From NCBI GenBank assembly GCA_036264085.1, contig DATARR010000012.1:34260-98259 (forward strand): a stretch of DNA of 64,000 bases. Direction: 5' to 3'. Within the stretch, counting starts at the first letter, position 1, and every line of letters starts with the position of its first letter. The stretch is from Thermoanaerobaculia bacterium. Its GTDB lineage: Bacteria; Acidobacteriota; Thermoanaerobaculia; Multivoradales; UBA5704. This document shows positions 46,163 to 56,996 of this stretch, piece after piece. Position numbers and translations under genes: made by a program. Below the pieces are notes generated by a model, which saw only the letters and a program-made list of their open reading frames with translations, ran no database searches and had not been told where the DNA came from.

Positions 46163-46771
46163 TCAGCGCAATGCCATCCGGCTGACATCCGAATCCTCTT
46201 CCTCTTCTGAAAGGGCCCTCTCGTAGACCTCCACGAGCGCCAGACGGCAACCGATCGAGGGCAGCTCGAGCGTCTGCGCCGGGTCGTCCAGCTCCACCAA
46301 CTGCCAGCCGCCATTCTCCTGTTTCCGAAGCTGCTCCACGTACACCCGCTCCTGGGACACGAGGACGTACTCAAGCAGGGAGGGTATCGACCGGTAGTGC
46401 GCCCACTTGGTGATCCGGTCGTAGTCTTCGGTCGAGGGAGAGAGGACCTCGATGATCAGCGCCGGGTTGAGGAGGGTGTTGAACTCGGCGTCGTCGAAGC
46501 TCGGCTTGTTGCAGACAGCGACCACGTCGGGATAGGTGAAGAGCCCGCTGGGAGTCCGGACCCGCAGGGTCTCCCTGTGGACTTCGCAGCGCCTCCCCCG
46601 AAACTGCGTCCAGATCTGCCCGAATAGATTGCCTGCGATGAGGCTATGGCGACGGGTGGGGTGGGACATGGCGAACATCTCGCCGTCGAGGTACTCGTGC
46701 CGTATCTCGCAGTCTCTCTCCAGAGCGAGATATTCCGGAATGGTGAGCCGCGGCCGGGGTTCCGAAGCCAT
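46163..46771 (-). CDS. Uma2 (DUF820) family endonuclease
   Basis: LTIPEYLALERDCEIRHEYLDGEMFAMSHPTRRHSLIAGNL...YPDVVAVC...PALIIEVLSPSTEDYDRITKWAHY matches the Uma2 PD-(D/E)XK pattern. Confidence 0.85.
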   Translation of the reverse strand: MASEPRPRLTIPEYLALERDCEIRHEYLDGEMFAMSHPTRRHSLIAGNLFGQIWTQFRGRRCEVHRETLRVRTPSGLFTYPDVVAVCNKPSFDDAEFNTLLNPALIIEVLSPSTEDYDRITKWAHYRSIPSLLEYVLVSQERVYVEQLRKQENGGWQLVELDDPAQTLELPSIGCRLALVEVYERALSEEEEDSDVSRMALR

Positions 46772-46775
46772 GAGG

Positions 46776-47690
46776 TTATCTTAGCACGGTCCCATCCGGC
46801 TGCCGCCTCCACCTCCGGTGCATCCACACCCACTGCTCGGGCCGGCGGCGGATCTGCTCTTCGATCTTCGCCGTCATCAGGGCCGTGGCCGCCGTGGGAT
46901 CGTCCGGCAGGTCGAGGGGCGGGTGGAGGGTGACGGCGTGGCGGCCGTCTGCGAGCCGCTCGATGAAAGCGGGGATCACGGCGGTGTTCTGGCGCAGGGC
47001 GATCTTGGCCGCGCCCACGGGGGTGAAGGCGGGGCGGCCGAAGAAGGGGACCCAGACGCCGTCGATCTTCGTGTCCTGATCGATCAACATGCCGAGCGCG
47101 CCGCCGCGCCGGAGGGTGGCGAGGAGCTGGCGCGCCGCGCCTTCGCTGCCGCGGGCGATCGAGGGCGTGCCGAAGCGCTCTCTCAAGCCCGTCAGCAGGC
47201 GCTGCTGCACGGGCTCGTCGAGCGGCCGGGCCACCACCGCCATCCCCAGGCCGCGGCAGTTGACGGCCGCGCCCAGCAGCTCCCAGTTGCCGCAGTGACC
47301 GGTGAAGAGGAGGAGGGCCCGTCCCGCCGCCCGCGCCTGCTCGATCTCCTCCCAGCCCCGCACCTCCGCCACTGACTGCACGAACGCGCAGTCACGGTGG
47401 AAGAGGTGGAGGCACTCCCCGAGGGTCGTGCCGTGGTGGCGGAAGCAGTCGCGGCCCAGGCGGCGGCGGTCCGCCTCCGGCATCTCGGGAAAGGCCAGGG
47501 CGAGGTGATCGAGGGTGCGGCGGCGGTCGCGGCGGGAGAGAATCCAGCCGAGGGCGCCGAGACTCCGGCCCACCCGCTGGGCGGCGGGCCAGGGGAGGCG
47601 GCCCAGGGTGGCGGTGAGGAGCCGCAGGCCGGCGTTGAGCAGCGCCGGCTCGAGGCGGGCTCGGAAACGGCTTTTCTTCCGGCGGGGCAT
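46776..47690 (-). CDS. Lipid A biosynthesis (Kdo2-lipid IVA) acyltransferase, LpxL/HtrB family
   Basis: FTGHCGNWELLG contains the HX4-type acyltransferase motif (H-C-G-N-W-E). Position in the Kdo operon supports the call. Confidence 0.8.
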   Translation of the reverse strand: MPRRKKSRFRARLEPALLNAGLRLLTATLGRLPWPAAQRVGRSLGALGWILSRRDRRRTLDHLALAFPEMPEADRRRLGRDCFRHHGTTLGECLHLFHRDCAFVQSVAEVRGWEEIEQARAAGRALLLFTGHCGNWELLGAAVNCRGLGMAVVARPLDEPVQQRLLTGLRERFGTPSIARGSEGAARQLLATLRRGGALGMLIDQDTKIDGVWVPFFGRPAFTPVGAAKIALRQNTAVIPAFIERLADGRHAVTLHPPLDLPDDPTAATALMTAKIEEQIRRRPEQWVWMHRRWRRQPDGTVLR

Positions 47691-47703
47691 CAGTGACCGC
47701 GGA

Positions 47704-48243
47704 TCACCAGTCCGCCAGGAGGTGGGCGACGGCTTTGTCCCAGTCCCCCCGGGCGCGGAGGATCAGCTCGCACATCTCCCGCACCACCGCCCGGCCGCCA
47801 GGCCGGGTGAGCACCCGGTGCACCCGCTCGCGCACCTCCAGCGCGGCGTCGGCCGGCGCGAAGGAGAGGCCGCAGCGGCGCAGCACCGGCAGGTCGAGGA
47901 TGTCGTCCCCCATGTAGGCCACCCGCTCGGGTGCGGCGCCGTGTTGGGCCAGGAATTCGGTGAAGGCGGCGTCCTTGTCGTGCCGCCCTTCGACGAGGGC
48001 GTCGAGGCCGAGCTCCCGCGACCGGGCCTCCAGAGCGTCGTTGCCGCGGCCGGAGAGGATGCCCACCTTGAGCCCCGCGTCGCGGGCGAGCTTCAGGCCC
48101 ACGCCGTCGTGGACGTGGAAGACCTTCCACTGCTCACCCTCGGGACCATAGACGAGGCGGCCGTCGGTCATCACGCCGTCCACGTCGAGCAGCAGCCACT
48201 CCAGGTCCCGGGCGCGCCGGGCGAGATCCTCGTCGGAGATCAT
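47704..48243 (-). CDS. kdsC: 3-deoxy-D-manno-octulosonate 8-phosphate phosphatase
   Basis: HAD motifs LLLDVDGVMTDG, GILSGR, YMGDDILDLPV. Operon context. Confidence 0.9.
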   Translation of the reverse strand: MISDEDLARRARDLEWLLLDVDGVMTDGRLVYGPEGEQWKVFHVHDGVGLKLARDAGLKVGILSGRGNDALEARSRELGLDALVEGRHDKDAAFTEFLAQHGAAPERVAYMGDDILDLPVLRRCGLSFAPADAALEVRERVHRVLTRPGGRAVVREMCELILRARGDWDKAVAHLLADW

Positions 48244-48250
48244 GAGCGGA

Positions 48251-49198
48251 TCAGAACAGCTCCAGGCCCCAGAGATCGTGGAGGTGGACGATGCCCTCCA
48301 GCCGTCCGGCCTCGGAGCAGACGAAAAGGGAGGTGATGCGATGGTCTTCCATGACCTTGAGGGCGGCGGCGGCCAACTCGCCGCTCGCGATGGTCCGCGG
48401 ATGGGGGGTCATGCGCTCGCCGGCCGTATGGCCGAGGATGGTGCCGTCGTCCTCCTGGAGGAGCCGGCGCAGATCGCCGTCGGAGATGCAGCCCACGAGA
48501 CGGTCGCCGTCCTCGACCACGGCGGTGATCCCCAGCCCCTTCTTCGACATCTCGTAGATGGCCTCGCGCATGGGGGTCGCGGTCGTGACCTTGGGCAGGG
48601 CGTCGCCGGCGTGCATGAGCTGCTCCACCTTGAGCAGCCGCTTGCCGAGCTGGCCCGCGGGGTGGAGGAGGGCGAAGTCCTCGCGGGTGAAGCCCCGGGC
48701 CTCCAGCAGCGCCATGGCCAGCGCATCGCCCAGGGCCAGGATGGCCGTGGTCGAAGCCGTGGGAGCGAGGTTCAGCGGACAGGCCTCGCGGTCGATGGCC
48801 ACCGGCAGATGGAGGTCCGCATGGCGGGCGAGCGGCGAGGTGGCGCTGGCCGTCATCACCACCAGGGGGATGCCGAGGCGCTTCAGGGTCTCGACCAGCC
48901 GCAGCAGCTCCTCCGTGGTGCCGGAGTACGATGCCGCGAGCACTGCGTCGCCCGGCACGATCATCCCCAGGTCGCCGTGCACCGCCTCGGCGGGGTGGAG
49001 GAAGAAGGCCGGCGTGCCCGTCGAAGCGAGGGTGGCGGCGATCTTCTTGAGGATCAGCCCGCTCTTGCCCATCCCCGTGCAGACCACGCGGCCGGTGCAC
49101 GCCCGCAGCAGGGCCACGGCGCGGTCGAAGCGCTCGTCGAGCTGGGGGAGGAGGCCGCGGATGGCCGCCGCCTCGGTCTCCAGGACCTCGCGGGCCAC
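48251..49198 (-). CDS. kdsD: Arabinose-5-phosphate isomerase (KpsF/GutQ/KdsD; SIS + tandem CBS)
   Basis: GRVVCTGMGKSGLILKKIAATLASTGTPAFFLHPAEAVHGDLG, SYSGTTEE, C-terminal CBS pair. I place the start at GTG 49198 because the track ORF (to 49435) reads through MITE copy C. Confidence 0.9.
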   Translation of the reverse strand: MAREVLETEAAAIRGLLPQLDERFDRAVALLRACTGRVVCTGMGKSGLILKKIAATLASTGTPAFFLHPAEAVHGDLGMIVPGDAVLAASYSGTTEELLRLVETLKRLGIPLVVMTASATSPLARHADLHLPVAIDREACPLNLAPTASTTAILALGDALAMALLEARGFTREDFALLHPAGQLGKRLLKVEQLMHAGDALPKVTTATPMREAIYEMSKKGLGITAVVEDGDRLVGCISDGDLRRLLQEDDGTILGHTAGERMTPHPRTIASGELAAAALKVMEDHRITSLFVCSEAGRLEGIVHLHDLWGLELF

Positions 49199-49225
49199 CT
49201 CGCAGGGGGATCTTCCACCACCCCT

Positions 49226-49376
49226 CCCAAGACCCTCATCACCCCGGCCCTCTTCTCCCGCCCCCCAACCCCCCTCACCGGGAGAAGAGGGAGAAAAGCA
49301 AACCGCTTCAACCGGGTTCCCCTCTCCCGGTGAGGGGGGTTGGGAGAGGGCGGGAGAGGGGCCAGGGGTGAGGGCC
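49226..49376. mobile_element. MITE-like interspersed hairpin element, copy C (inverted, diverged), between kdsA and kdsD
   Basis: Begins cccaagaccctcatcaccccggccctcttctccc, the reverse complement of the right end of copies A and B. Internal hairpin cccctcaccgggagaagaggg... / ...cccctctcccggtgagggg. Confidence 0.75.
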
Positions 49377-49431
49377 CTCGGGTGGGGGAGCTCTGAGGCT
49401 AAGTCGCCTGTAGAACCAGGGGGTGAGGGTT

Positions 49432-50250
49432 TCATGCCACCGCCTTCCGCACCGCCATCGCCGACCGCAACAGCCCCTCCGCCCGCGCCGGATCGAGCTG
49501 CACCGCGCTGTCGGAGAGGGCGTGATCCGGGTCCGGATGGACCTCCAGGAACAACCCGTCCGCGCCCGCGGCCACGGCCGCCCGGGCCAGGGGCTCGGCG
49601 AAGCGCTTGGCGCCGCCGCTCTCCTCGCCGCCGCCGGGGAGCTGGAGAGAGTGGGTGACGTCATAGATCACGGGGATCCCCGCGTCGTGGAGCATGGCGA
49701 AGCTGCGCATGTCCACCACCAGGTTGTGATAGCCGAAGGAGGCTCCCCGCTCGGTCACGGTGACCCGGTCGTTGCCCGTGGCGCGAGCCTTGTCCACGAT
49801 CCGGCGCATGTCGTCCGGAGCCATGAACTGACCCTTCTTGACGTTGACCGCGCGGCCCGTGCGGGCGGCGGCCACGACGAGGTCGGTCTGCCGGCAGAGG
49901 AAGGCGGGGATCTGGAGCACGTCGCAGACCTCGGCCGCGGGCGCGCACTGAGCGGACTCGTGGACGTCGGTGAGGACGGGCAATCCCGTCTCCGCCTTGA
50001 CCAGGGCGAGCACGCGCAGACCTTCTTCCAGACCTGGGCCGCGGAAGCTGCCGAGCGAGCTGCGATTGGCCTTGTCGAAGGACGACTTGAAGACGAGGGC
50101 GAGGCCCAGCCGCTCCGCCATGGCGGCGAGGGTGTGAGCCATGTCGATCGCCAGGTCCTCGTTTTCAATCACGCACGGGCCGGCGATGACAGGGAGGGAC
50201 TCCCCGCCGATCGTCACCCCCGGCGCCAGCTCCACCCGCTCGACCGTCAT
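49432..50250 (-). CDS. kdsA: 3-deoxy-8-phosphooctulonate synthase
   Basis: VIAGPCVIE, FKSSFDKANRSS, LQIPAFLCRQTDL, NVKKGQF, THSLQLPGG are classic KdsA motifs. Confidence 0.95.
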   Translation of the reverse strand: MTVERVELAPGVTIGGESLPVIAGPCVIENEDLAIDMAHTLAAMAERLGLALVFKSSFDKANRSSLGSFRGPGLEEGLRVLALVKAETGLPVLTDVHESAQCAPAAEVCDVLQIPAFLCRQTDLVVAAARTGRAVNVKKGQFMAPDDMRRIVDKARATGNDRVTVTERGASFGYHNLVVDMRSFAMLHDAGIPVIYDVTHSLQLPGGGEESGGAKRFAEPLARAAVAAGADGLFLEVHPDPDHALSDSAVQLDPARAEGLLRSAMAVRKAVA

Positions 50251-50251
50251 C

Positions 50252-52018
<1,767 letters not shown>

Positions 52019-52795
52019 TCAGGCCTTGAAAGAAGCTTGCAGGATGCTCTCCACCCGCTCCAGGTCCTCCGCCGTGTCCACCCCGAACGACCCTCGGTCA
52101 ACAACCAGGACGCGGATGGGAATTCCGTTCTCCAGGGCCCGGAGCTGCTCCAGCGACTCGCTGCGTTCGAGCGGCGTGGGCGCGAGCGCGGCGAGCTGCT
52201 GCAGGGCCTGCCGCTGATAGCCGTAGAGTCCCAGGTGCTTGAGCGGCGCGAACCCCCCCTCCTGGCGAGGATAGGGGATCGGCGCGCGGCTGAAGTAGAG
52301 GGCCGAGCCGTCGCGGGTGAGCACCACCTTGACGGCGTTCGGGTTCTCCATCTCCTCGCGCGTCGCCGGCGTCGCCAGGGTCACCACCGGGTCGTCCGGC
52401 ATCGCCGCCAGGTGCATCGCCACCTGGGAGACGGCCTCGGGATCGATCAGCGGCTCGTCCCCCTGGACGTTGATCACCGCCCGGGCGTCCCAGCGGCGGG
52501 CGGCCCAGGCGATGCGGTCGGTGCCGCTGGCGCAGTCGGCGGGGGTCATCTCCCACTCGCCGCCGAAGGCTTCCACGGCCCGGGCGATGCGTTCGTCGTC
52601 GGTCAGCACCACCACCCGGTCGAGCCCGCGGGCGCGCGCCACCCGGGTGTAGACGTGCTCGATCATCGGCCTGCCGGCGATCGCGAGCAGCGGCTTTCCT
52701 GGCAGGCGAGTCGACCCGTAGCGGGCCGGAATGGCGCCCACGATACCCGTGCCGCCGGTGACGGTGGGAGGGGCAGGGGACGCGTTGGGGTGCAC
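52019..52795 (-). CDS. kdsB: 3-deoxy-manno-octulosonate cytidylyltransferase
   Basis: IPARYGSTRLPGKPL, VINVQGDEPL, HLGLYGY. The start may be downstream of the called ATG. Confidence 0.92.
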   Translation of the reverse strand: MHPNASPAPPTVTGGTGIVGAIPARYGSTRLPGKPLLAIAGRPMIEHVYTRVARARGLDRVVVLTDDERIARAVEAFGGEWEMTPADCASGTDRIAWAARRWDARAVINVQGDEPLIDPEAVSQVAMHLAAMPDDPVVTLATPATREEMENPNAVKVVLTRDGSALYFSRAPIPYPRQEGGFAPLKHLGLYGYQRQALQQLAALAPTPLERSESLEQLRALENGIPIRVLVVDRGSFGVDTAEDLERVESILQASFKA

Positions 52796-52927
52796 GGCCT
52801 AATCTAAAGCGAAGGGCGGGGAGGTGTCAACGGCGAGGAGGCCGCGGCGCGACCGGGGGGATTCCCGGATTCGGAGCCCAAGGACAACCAGAGACTCGCC
52901 GGGACGCGGGAATCCCCGGCATATTTC

Positions 52928-53590
52928 TTGTATTCTCGCTACGGCATGCCGACCACGACGACCACGACCCACCCCTCCGCCTTCACCTTCATCCCCGAGA
53001 AGCCGACGCTGGCGAGCCTGACCCGCGCCGCCCAGGACTGCACGGCCTGCGACCTCTACAAGCAGGCGACCCAGGCGGTCGTCGGAGCGGGGCCGCGGGA
53101 GGCGGCCGTCTTCTTCATCGGCGAGCAGCCGGGGGACCAGGAGGACCTGGCCGGCAAGCCGTTCGTGGGTCCCGCCGGGAAGGTGCTGGACGAAGCTCTG
53201 ATCGCGGCGGGGATCCCGCGCGAGGAGGTCTACGTCACCAACGCCGTCAAGCACTTCAAGTGGGAGCCGCGGGGCAAGAAGCGCATCCACGCCAAGCCCA
53301 CCCTGGGCGAGGTGAAGGCCTGCCGCCCCTGGCTGGAGACGGAGCTCGCCCTGGTCAAGCCGCGGATCATCGTCTGCCTGGGCGCCACGGCGGCGCAGTC
53401 CCTGATGGGCTCGAAGTTCAAGGTCACCGTCGAGAGGGGCAGGTTCTTCAAGACCCCCTGGGCTCCCTGGCTCACCGCCACGATCCACCCCTCGGCCATC
53501 CTGAGGATGCCGGACGCCGACGCCCGGCGGGAGGCGCGGGCGCGCTTGGTGGAGGACCTGCGGGGGGTGGCGGCGAGGCTGCGGGGCTAG
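52928..53590 (+). CDS. UdgX-like family-4-type uracil-DNA glycosylase / uracil-DNA binding protein
   Basis: CTACDLY, FFIGEQPGDQED (motif A), FVGPAG, VTNAVKHFKWEPRGKKRIHAKP (insertion resembling the UdgX KRRIH loop), HPSAILR (motif B). Confidence 0.8.
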   Translation: MYSRYGMPTTTTTTHPSAFTFIPEKPTLASLTRAAQDCTACDLYKQATQAVVGAGPREAAVFFIGEQPGDQEDLAGKPFVGPAGKVLDEALIAAGIPREEVYVTNAVKHFKWEPRGKKRIHAKPTLGEVKACRPWLETELALVKPRIIVCLGATAAQSLMGSKFKVTVERGRFFKTPWAPWLTATIHPSAILRMPDADARREARARLVEDLRGVAARLRG

Positions 53591-53615
53591 GGTTGGCGCG
53601 TGAAGTTCTTCTCTG

Positions 53616-53912
53616 ATGGCTCCACAAGTTGCCCGATCTGGGTTGCTGGACACTCCGGACTATCCCGAGAAGCCGGCCTTGAAGAGCGCCTTCATGGTCC
53701 ATAGGATCGACCAACTCCTATTCCTTGCAGGTCTGAGGGAGAAGCTCAACAAGAACGAAGAGGTTGTCGCGAACTGGTCGGTCGTCCTACCCTGGGGACC
53801 GGAATTGAGATATGAGCCCCGGAGCCTTGCCCGGTCTGAGGCTCTGAACATTCTCAATGCCATCCGCAAGCCTGTCACGGGAGTTTTCTCATGGATCAAG
53901 AAATATTGGTAG
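53616..53912 (+). CDS. Hypothetical protein in lower-GC patch
   Basis: 98-aa ORF; an alternative start is the ATG at 53694. Local GC is about 50-55%. No motif I can name. Confidence 0.4.
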   Translation: MAPQVARSGLLDTPDYPEKPALKSAFMVHRIDQLLFLAGLREKLNKNEEVVANWSVVLPWGPELRYEPRSLARSEALNILNAIRKPVTGVFSWIKKYW

Positions 53913-54277
53913 AAGATTTTCAAAGAGTTTTCCGGGAGCTGAGCAAGCAGCGTGGACCGGTACTCCTGCTCATGTTGCTCGCTCCCGAGATCTCCTCGGA
54001 ACGGGACTGGAACGTCGTGGTCAGCGCAAAAGGTTTCGATGCAATGGACCGGGCGAGTGCGATTCGCGACGTGGTGAGGCTGCTGAAGCGTACTCTTAGT
54101 GACGAAAACTGGCGTCGGGTGCTGCGGGTAACGGTGTTGAAGACCGACGACGAATTCGTCCGAGCTTTGACCCGAACCCATCAAACCAAGGGCTCGGTCG
54201 TCAATCTCTATTCGGCCAACATCTCTGGAATCGACATTCCGAAGGCGATCATCTTGCAGTCCAAAGTCGCCGCGTGA
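53891..54277 (+). CDS. Hypothetical protein in lower-GC patch
   Basis: 128-aa ORF overlapping the previous one by 22 nt. Globular-looking composition. No motif recognised. Confidence 0.5.
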   Translation: MDQEILVEDFQRVFRELSKQRGPVLLLMLLAPEISSERDWNVVVSAKGFDAMDRASAIRDVVRLLKRTLSDENWRRVLRVTVLKTDDEFVRALTRTHQTKGSVVNLYSANISGIDIPKAIILQSKVAA

Positions 54278-54279
54278 GA

Positions 54280-54753
54280 CTACTCCTCCCGTATATCCAC
54301 GATCTCCCCGCCGGTCATCCGCACCAACTCCTCCGGCGTCGTCCGGAACACCGCGTTCGGCGTGCCGGCGGCGGCCCAGATTTCGGGATACTTGAGGAGG
54401 TCCCGGTCGATCAGCACCCGGAGAGGCGTGGCGTGGCCGACGGGGGCGACGCCACCGATGGGGAAGCCCGTGAGGCGCTTCACGGTGTCGGCGTCCGGCC
54501 GGAAGGCGAGCGTTCCCAGGTGGTCGGTCAGCTTCGACAGAGAGACCCGGTTGATCCCGGAGGCGATCACCAGGACCGGGTCTCCTCCCACCAGGAAGAC
54601 GAGGCTCTTCGCGATCTGCGCCACGGTGGTGCCGATGGCCTCGGCCGCCTCCTGGGCGGTACGGGTGCTGGCGGCCAGCTCGACGACCTGTCCGGAGCAG
54701 TCGCGCGCCCGAAGCTCTGCCTGGACTCTCTCTGCGTTGGGGTGCATGACCAA
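54280..54753 (-). CDS. YbaK/EbsC-type aminoacyl-tRNA editing domain protein
   Basis: AKSLVFLVGGDPVLVIASGINRVSLSKL...TGFPIGGVAPVGH matches the YbaK/ProRS-associated domain. Confidence 0.85.
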   Translation of the reverse strand: MVMHPNAERVQAELRARDCSGQVVELAASTRTAQEAAEAIGTTVAQIAKSLVFLVGGDPVLVIASGINRVSLSKLTDHLGTLAFRPDADTVKRLTGFPIGGVAPVGHATPLRVLIDRDLLKYPEIWAAAGTPNAVFRTTPEELVRMTGGEIVDIREE

Positions 54754-54805
54754 AGCCTATCAGCCCACGGTGCTAAGCTCTCCTGCATTCCATCAAGGAG
54801 GTGCC

Positions 54806-55585
54806 ATGCCGGCCCAGAACATCGACGACGTGCTGCAGATCCTCGACGGCATCATCGCCGACTGCAAGGCGAAGCGCGATCCGCTGGGATACTTTCCCGC
54901 GCTCTACCGGCAGGTCACGCTCACCGTCAAGAAGGGGATCGACACCGGGTATTTCGACGACGGCCCCCGCATGGACCGCTTCGACGCCCTGTTCGCCAAC
55001 CGCTACTTCGCGGCCTATGACGCCTTCCGCTCCGGCGGCAAGCCCACCCAGAGCTGGCAGGTGGCCTTCGACTCCACCCAGTCGGGCCGGCTCATCATCC
55101 TCCAGGACCTGTTGGTGGGGATCAACGCCCACATCAACCTCGACCTCGGCGTGGTGACCGGCGAGACCTTCCAGGGCCTCGCCCTCGAGGGCTTCCACGA
55201 CGACTTCGACAAGATCAACACGATCCTCGCCGGCCTCCTGCCGGCCGTGGAGGCCACCGTCGGCGAGCTCTCGCCGCTGCTGGACGTGCTGGAGAAGATC
55301 GGCGGCGAGGACGCCGTCGAGGTCCTCAACTTCAGCCTGGACGCGGCCCGCGACGACGCCTGGCTGCATGCCCAGATCATCTCCCTTCAGCCGCCGTCCT
55401 CCTGGCCCCTCACCATCCAGGCGCTGGACGACAAGGTGAAGTTCCTGGGCCGGCTGATCGCCCAGCCCGTCGGGCTCGTGGCCTCGGCCGTCGCCCTCAT
55501 CCGCGACACGGAGAGCAAGGACGTCCCCGCCATCATCGACGCTCTCAACAGCATCGTGCCTGAGACCGGCGCGGCCCTGCCGTGA
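54806..55585 (+). CDS. Conserved hypothetical protein (possibly DUF5995 family)
   Basis: ATG at 54806 after AAGGAGG. 259 aa with good coding character (LGYFPALYRQVTLTV, LLVGINAHINLDLG). Family name is from memory only. The track start at 54362 is antisense overlap with the YbaK-type gene. Confidence 0.7.
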   Translation: MPAQNIDDVLQILDGIIADCKAKRDPLGYFPALYRQVTLTVKKGIDTGYFDDGPRMDRFDALFANRYFAAYDAFRSGGKPTQSWQVAFDSTQSGRLIILQDLLVGINAHINLDLGVVTGETFQGLALEGFHDDFDKINTILAGLLPAVEATVGELSPLLDVLEKIGGEDAVEVLNFSLDAARDDAWLHAQIISLQPPSSWPLTIQALDDKVKFLGRLIAQPVGLVASAVALIRDTESKDVPAIIDALNSIVPETGAALP

Positions 55586-55660
55586 AGGAGGCTCCGCCCC
55601 CTCTTATTGCTTCAGGGCGAGCTTCTGGTAATATGCCAAGAAACCATGAAGGAGCCTGGC

Positions 55661-56950
55661 ATGCGGACCTGGGGTTTCATCGGCCTTTTCCTCTCGTTGC
55701 TCTTCGTCCGCCAGGGCGCAGCCGTGGATTTCGTCCAGCAGGCTCGGCTCACGGCCTCCGACGCCGCCGCGGGAGATGGCTTCGGCGGTGAGGTGGCCCT
55801 GTCCGCGGATGGCACCATTGCGCTGATATCGGCCGCCGGTGCCGATTGCGGCGCAGGCCTCGATTGCGGGGCGGCCTACGTCTTCGTGAGGACGGAGGCC
55901 GGCTGGCACCAGCAGGTCAAGCTCACGGCGTCCGATCCCACGCCCGGGAGCCAGTTCGGCTTTGGCCTCGCGCTTTCGGGAGATGGCTCCACCGCTCTGG
56001 TGAGGGCGCGCTCGACCGACTGCCTGGATAGTCCGGATTGCGCGGTCGTCCATGTCTTTCGGCGGATCGCGGGCTCCTGGAGCCAGCAGGCCAGGCTGAG
56101 GACGTCGGGAGGCTTCTGGAGCCATGGCCTCGGTCTGATGGCTCTCGCCGGCGATGGCCGCACGGCCCTGGTGGGATCGCCGCTATCGTGTGAAGGGTCC
56201 AACTGCGGGATCGTCCATGTCTTCGTGCGCGAGGGTGAGAGTTGGAGCGAAGAGGCCCGTCTCAAGGGAAGCGCTACTTTTTTCTTTGGCAACTCCGTTG
56301 CCCTCTCGAAGGACGGTCTCATGGCTCTGGCGGGAGCGCTGGAGGGCCTTGACCCGACCACCGCGGTCTTCTCTTATGTCAAGAGAGGAGGGGTGTGGAC
56401 TCGGGAGCAGGAGCTGACGACGGGGTTCCAGAACCAGTCCGAATCTCAATTCGGCGCCGTGAGCTTGTCGGGTGACGGCGGCACGGCCCTGTTGAGCACA
56501 CCCGAGGACGGATGTACCCATGATCTCGAGAATCCCGACGAGAACAGCTTCTGTGGCTCGGTGCGAGTGTTCTCGCGCGCCGGCGGAGCTTGGACGCCGC
56601 GACAGGTGCTGAAAGTAACGCGCTCTCAGGGCTCTTCCTTTTTAGGGGGCAGGACAGCGATCTCCGGAAGTGGTGCCCTGGCCCTGGTGTTGGGCGTGAG
56701 GTCGGCCTTCTTCTTGCGCGGTGCCGGGACCTGGATCCTGGGGCAGCAGGTTGCCGGCGATACCTCGGCGTCGGTCTCGGAAGACGGCCACACCGTCCTG
56801 ACGGGGTGTGCCTGCGGCGTCGTCTACGTCTATACCTTGGCGCCGGCCCTCGCCGAGGTGCCGGCGCTGGGCGGACCGGGTCTGATCCTGCTCGCCCTGC
56901 TGCTCGCCGCGACCGGCGCGGTCGCCCTGCGGCGCCGTCTGGCGGCGTGA
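55661..56950 (+). CDS. Secreted FG-GAP-like repeat protein with C-terminal exosortase-type (PEP/IPTL-CTERM-like) anchor
   Basis: AAGGAG RBS before the ATG at 55661. Signal peptide MRTWGFIGLFLSLLFVRQGAA. Repeats of L.ASD...GD.FG..VALSGDG.TAL-type blades. C-terminus VPALGGPGLILLALLLAATGAVALRRRLAA. Confidence 0.8.
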   Translation: MRTWGFIGLFLSLLFVRQGAAVDFVQQARLTASDAAAGDGFGGEVALSADGTIALISAAGADCGAGLDCGAAYVFVRTEAGWHQQVKLTASDPTPGSQFGFGLALSGDGSTALVRARSTDCLDSPDCAVVHVFRRIAGSWSQQARLRTSGGFWSHGLGLMALAGDGRTALVGSPLSCEGSNCGIVHVFVREGESWSEEARLKGSATFFFGNSVALSKDGLMALAGALEGLDPTTAVFSYVKRGGVWTREQELTTGFQNQSESQFGAVSLSGDGGTALLSTPEDGCTHDLENPDENSFCGSVRVFSRAGGAWTPRQVLKVTRSQGSSFLGGRTAISGSGALALVLGVRSAFFLRGAGTWILGQQVAGDTSASVSEDGHTVLTGCACGVVYVYTLAPALAEVPALGGPGLILLALLLAATGAVALRRRLAA

Positions 56951-56968
56951 AACCACCTGAAAACGAAA

Positions 56969-56996
56969 GACCCCGGTCCCATTCGGGGCCGGGGTC
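56969..56996. terminator. Strong GC hairpin, bidirectional terminator candidate
   Basis: gaccccggtccc-attc-ggggccggggtc gives a 12-bp stem. On the minus strand it is followed by TTTCGTTTTC. On the plus strand it lies 19 nt after the FG-GAP gene stop. Confidence 0.6.

Noticed and set aside
49199-49435. N-terminal extension of kdsD through the repeat element, and similar extensions of ORFs 44414..45499, 57062..58498, 29305..30798, 15858..19307 and 54362..55585.
   Set aside because: The extensions translate MITE or intergenic sequence into P/S/G-rich strings. Internal starts with an RBS and a signal peptide or conserved N-terminus fit better.
53616-53912. HEPN-domain assignment for the 98-aa ORF.
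   Set aside because: Only a vague resemblance was seen. The R-x(4-6)-H motif is not present, so the feature is left as hypothetical.
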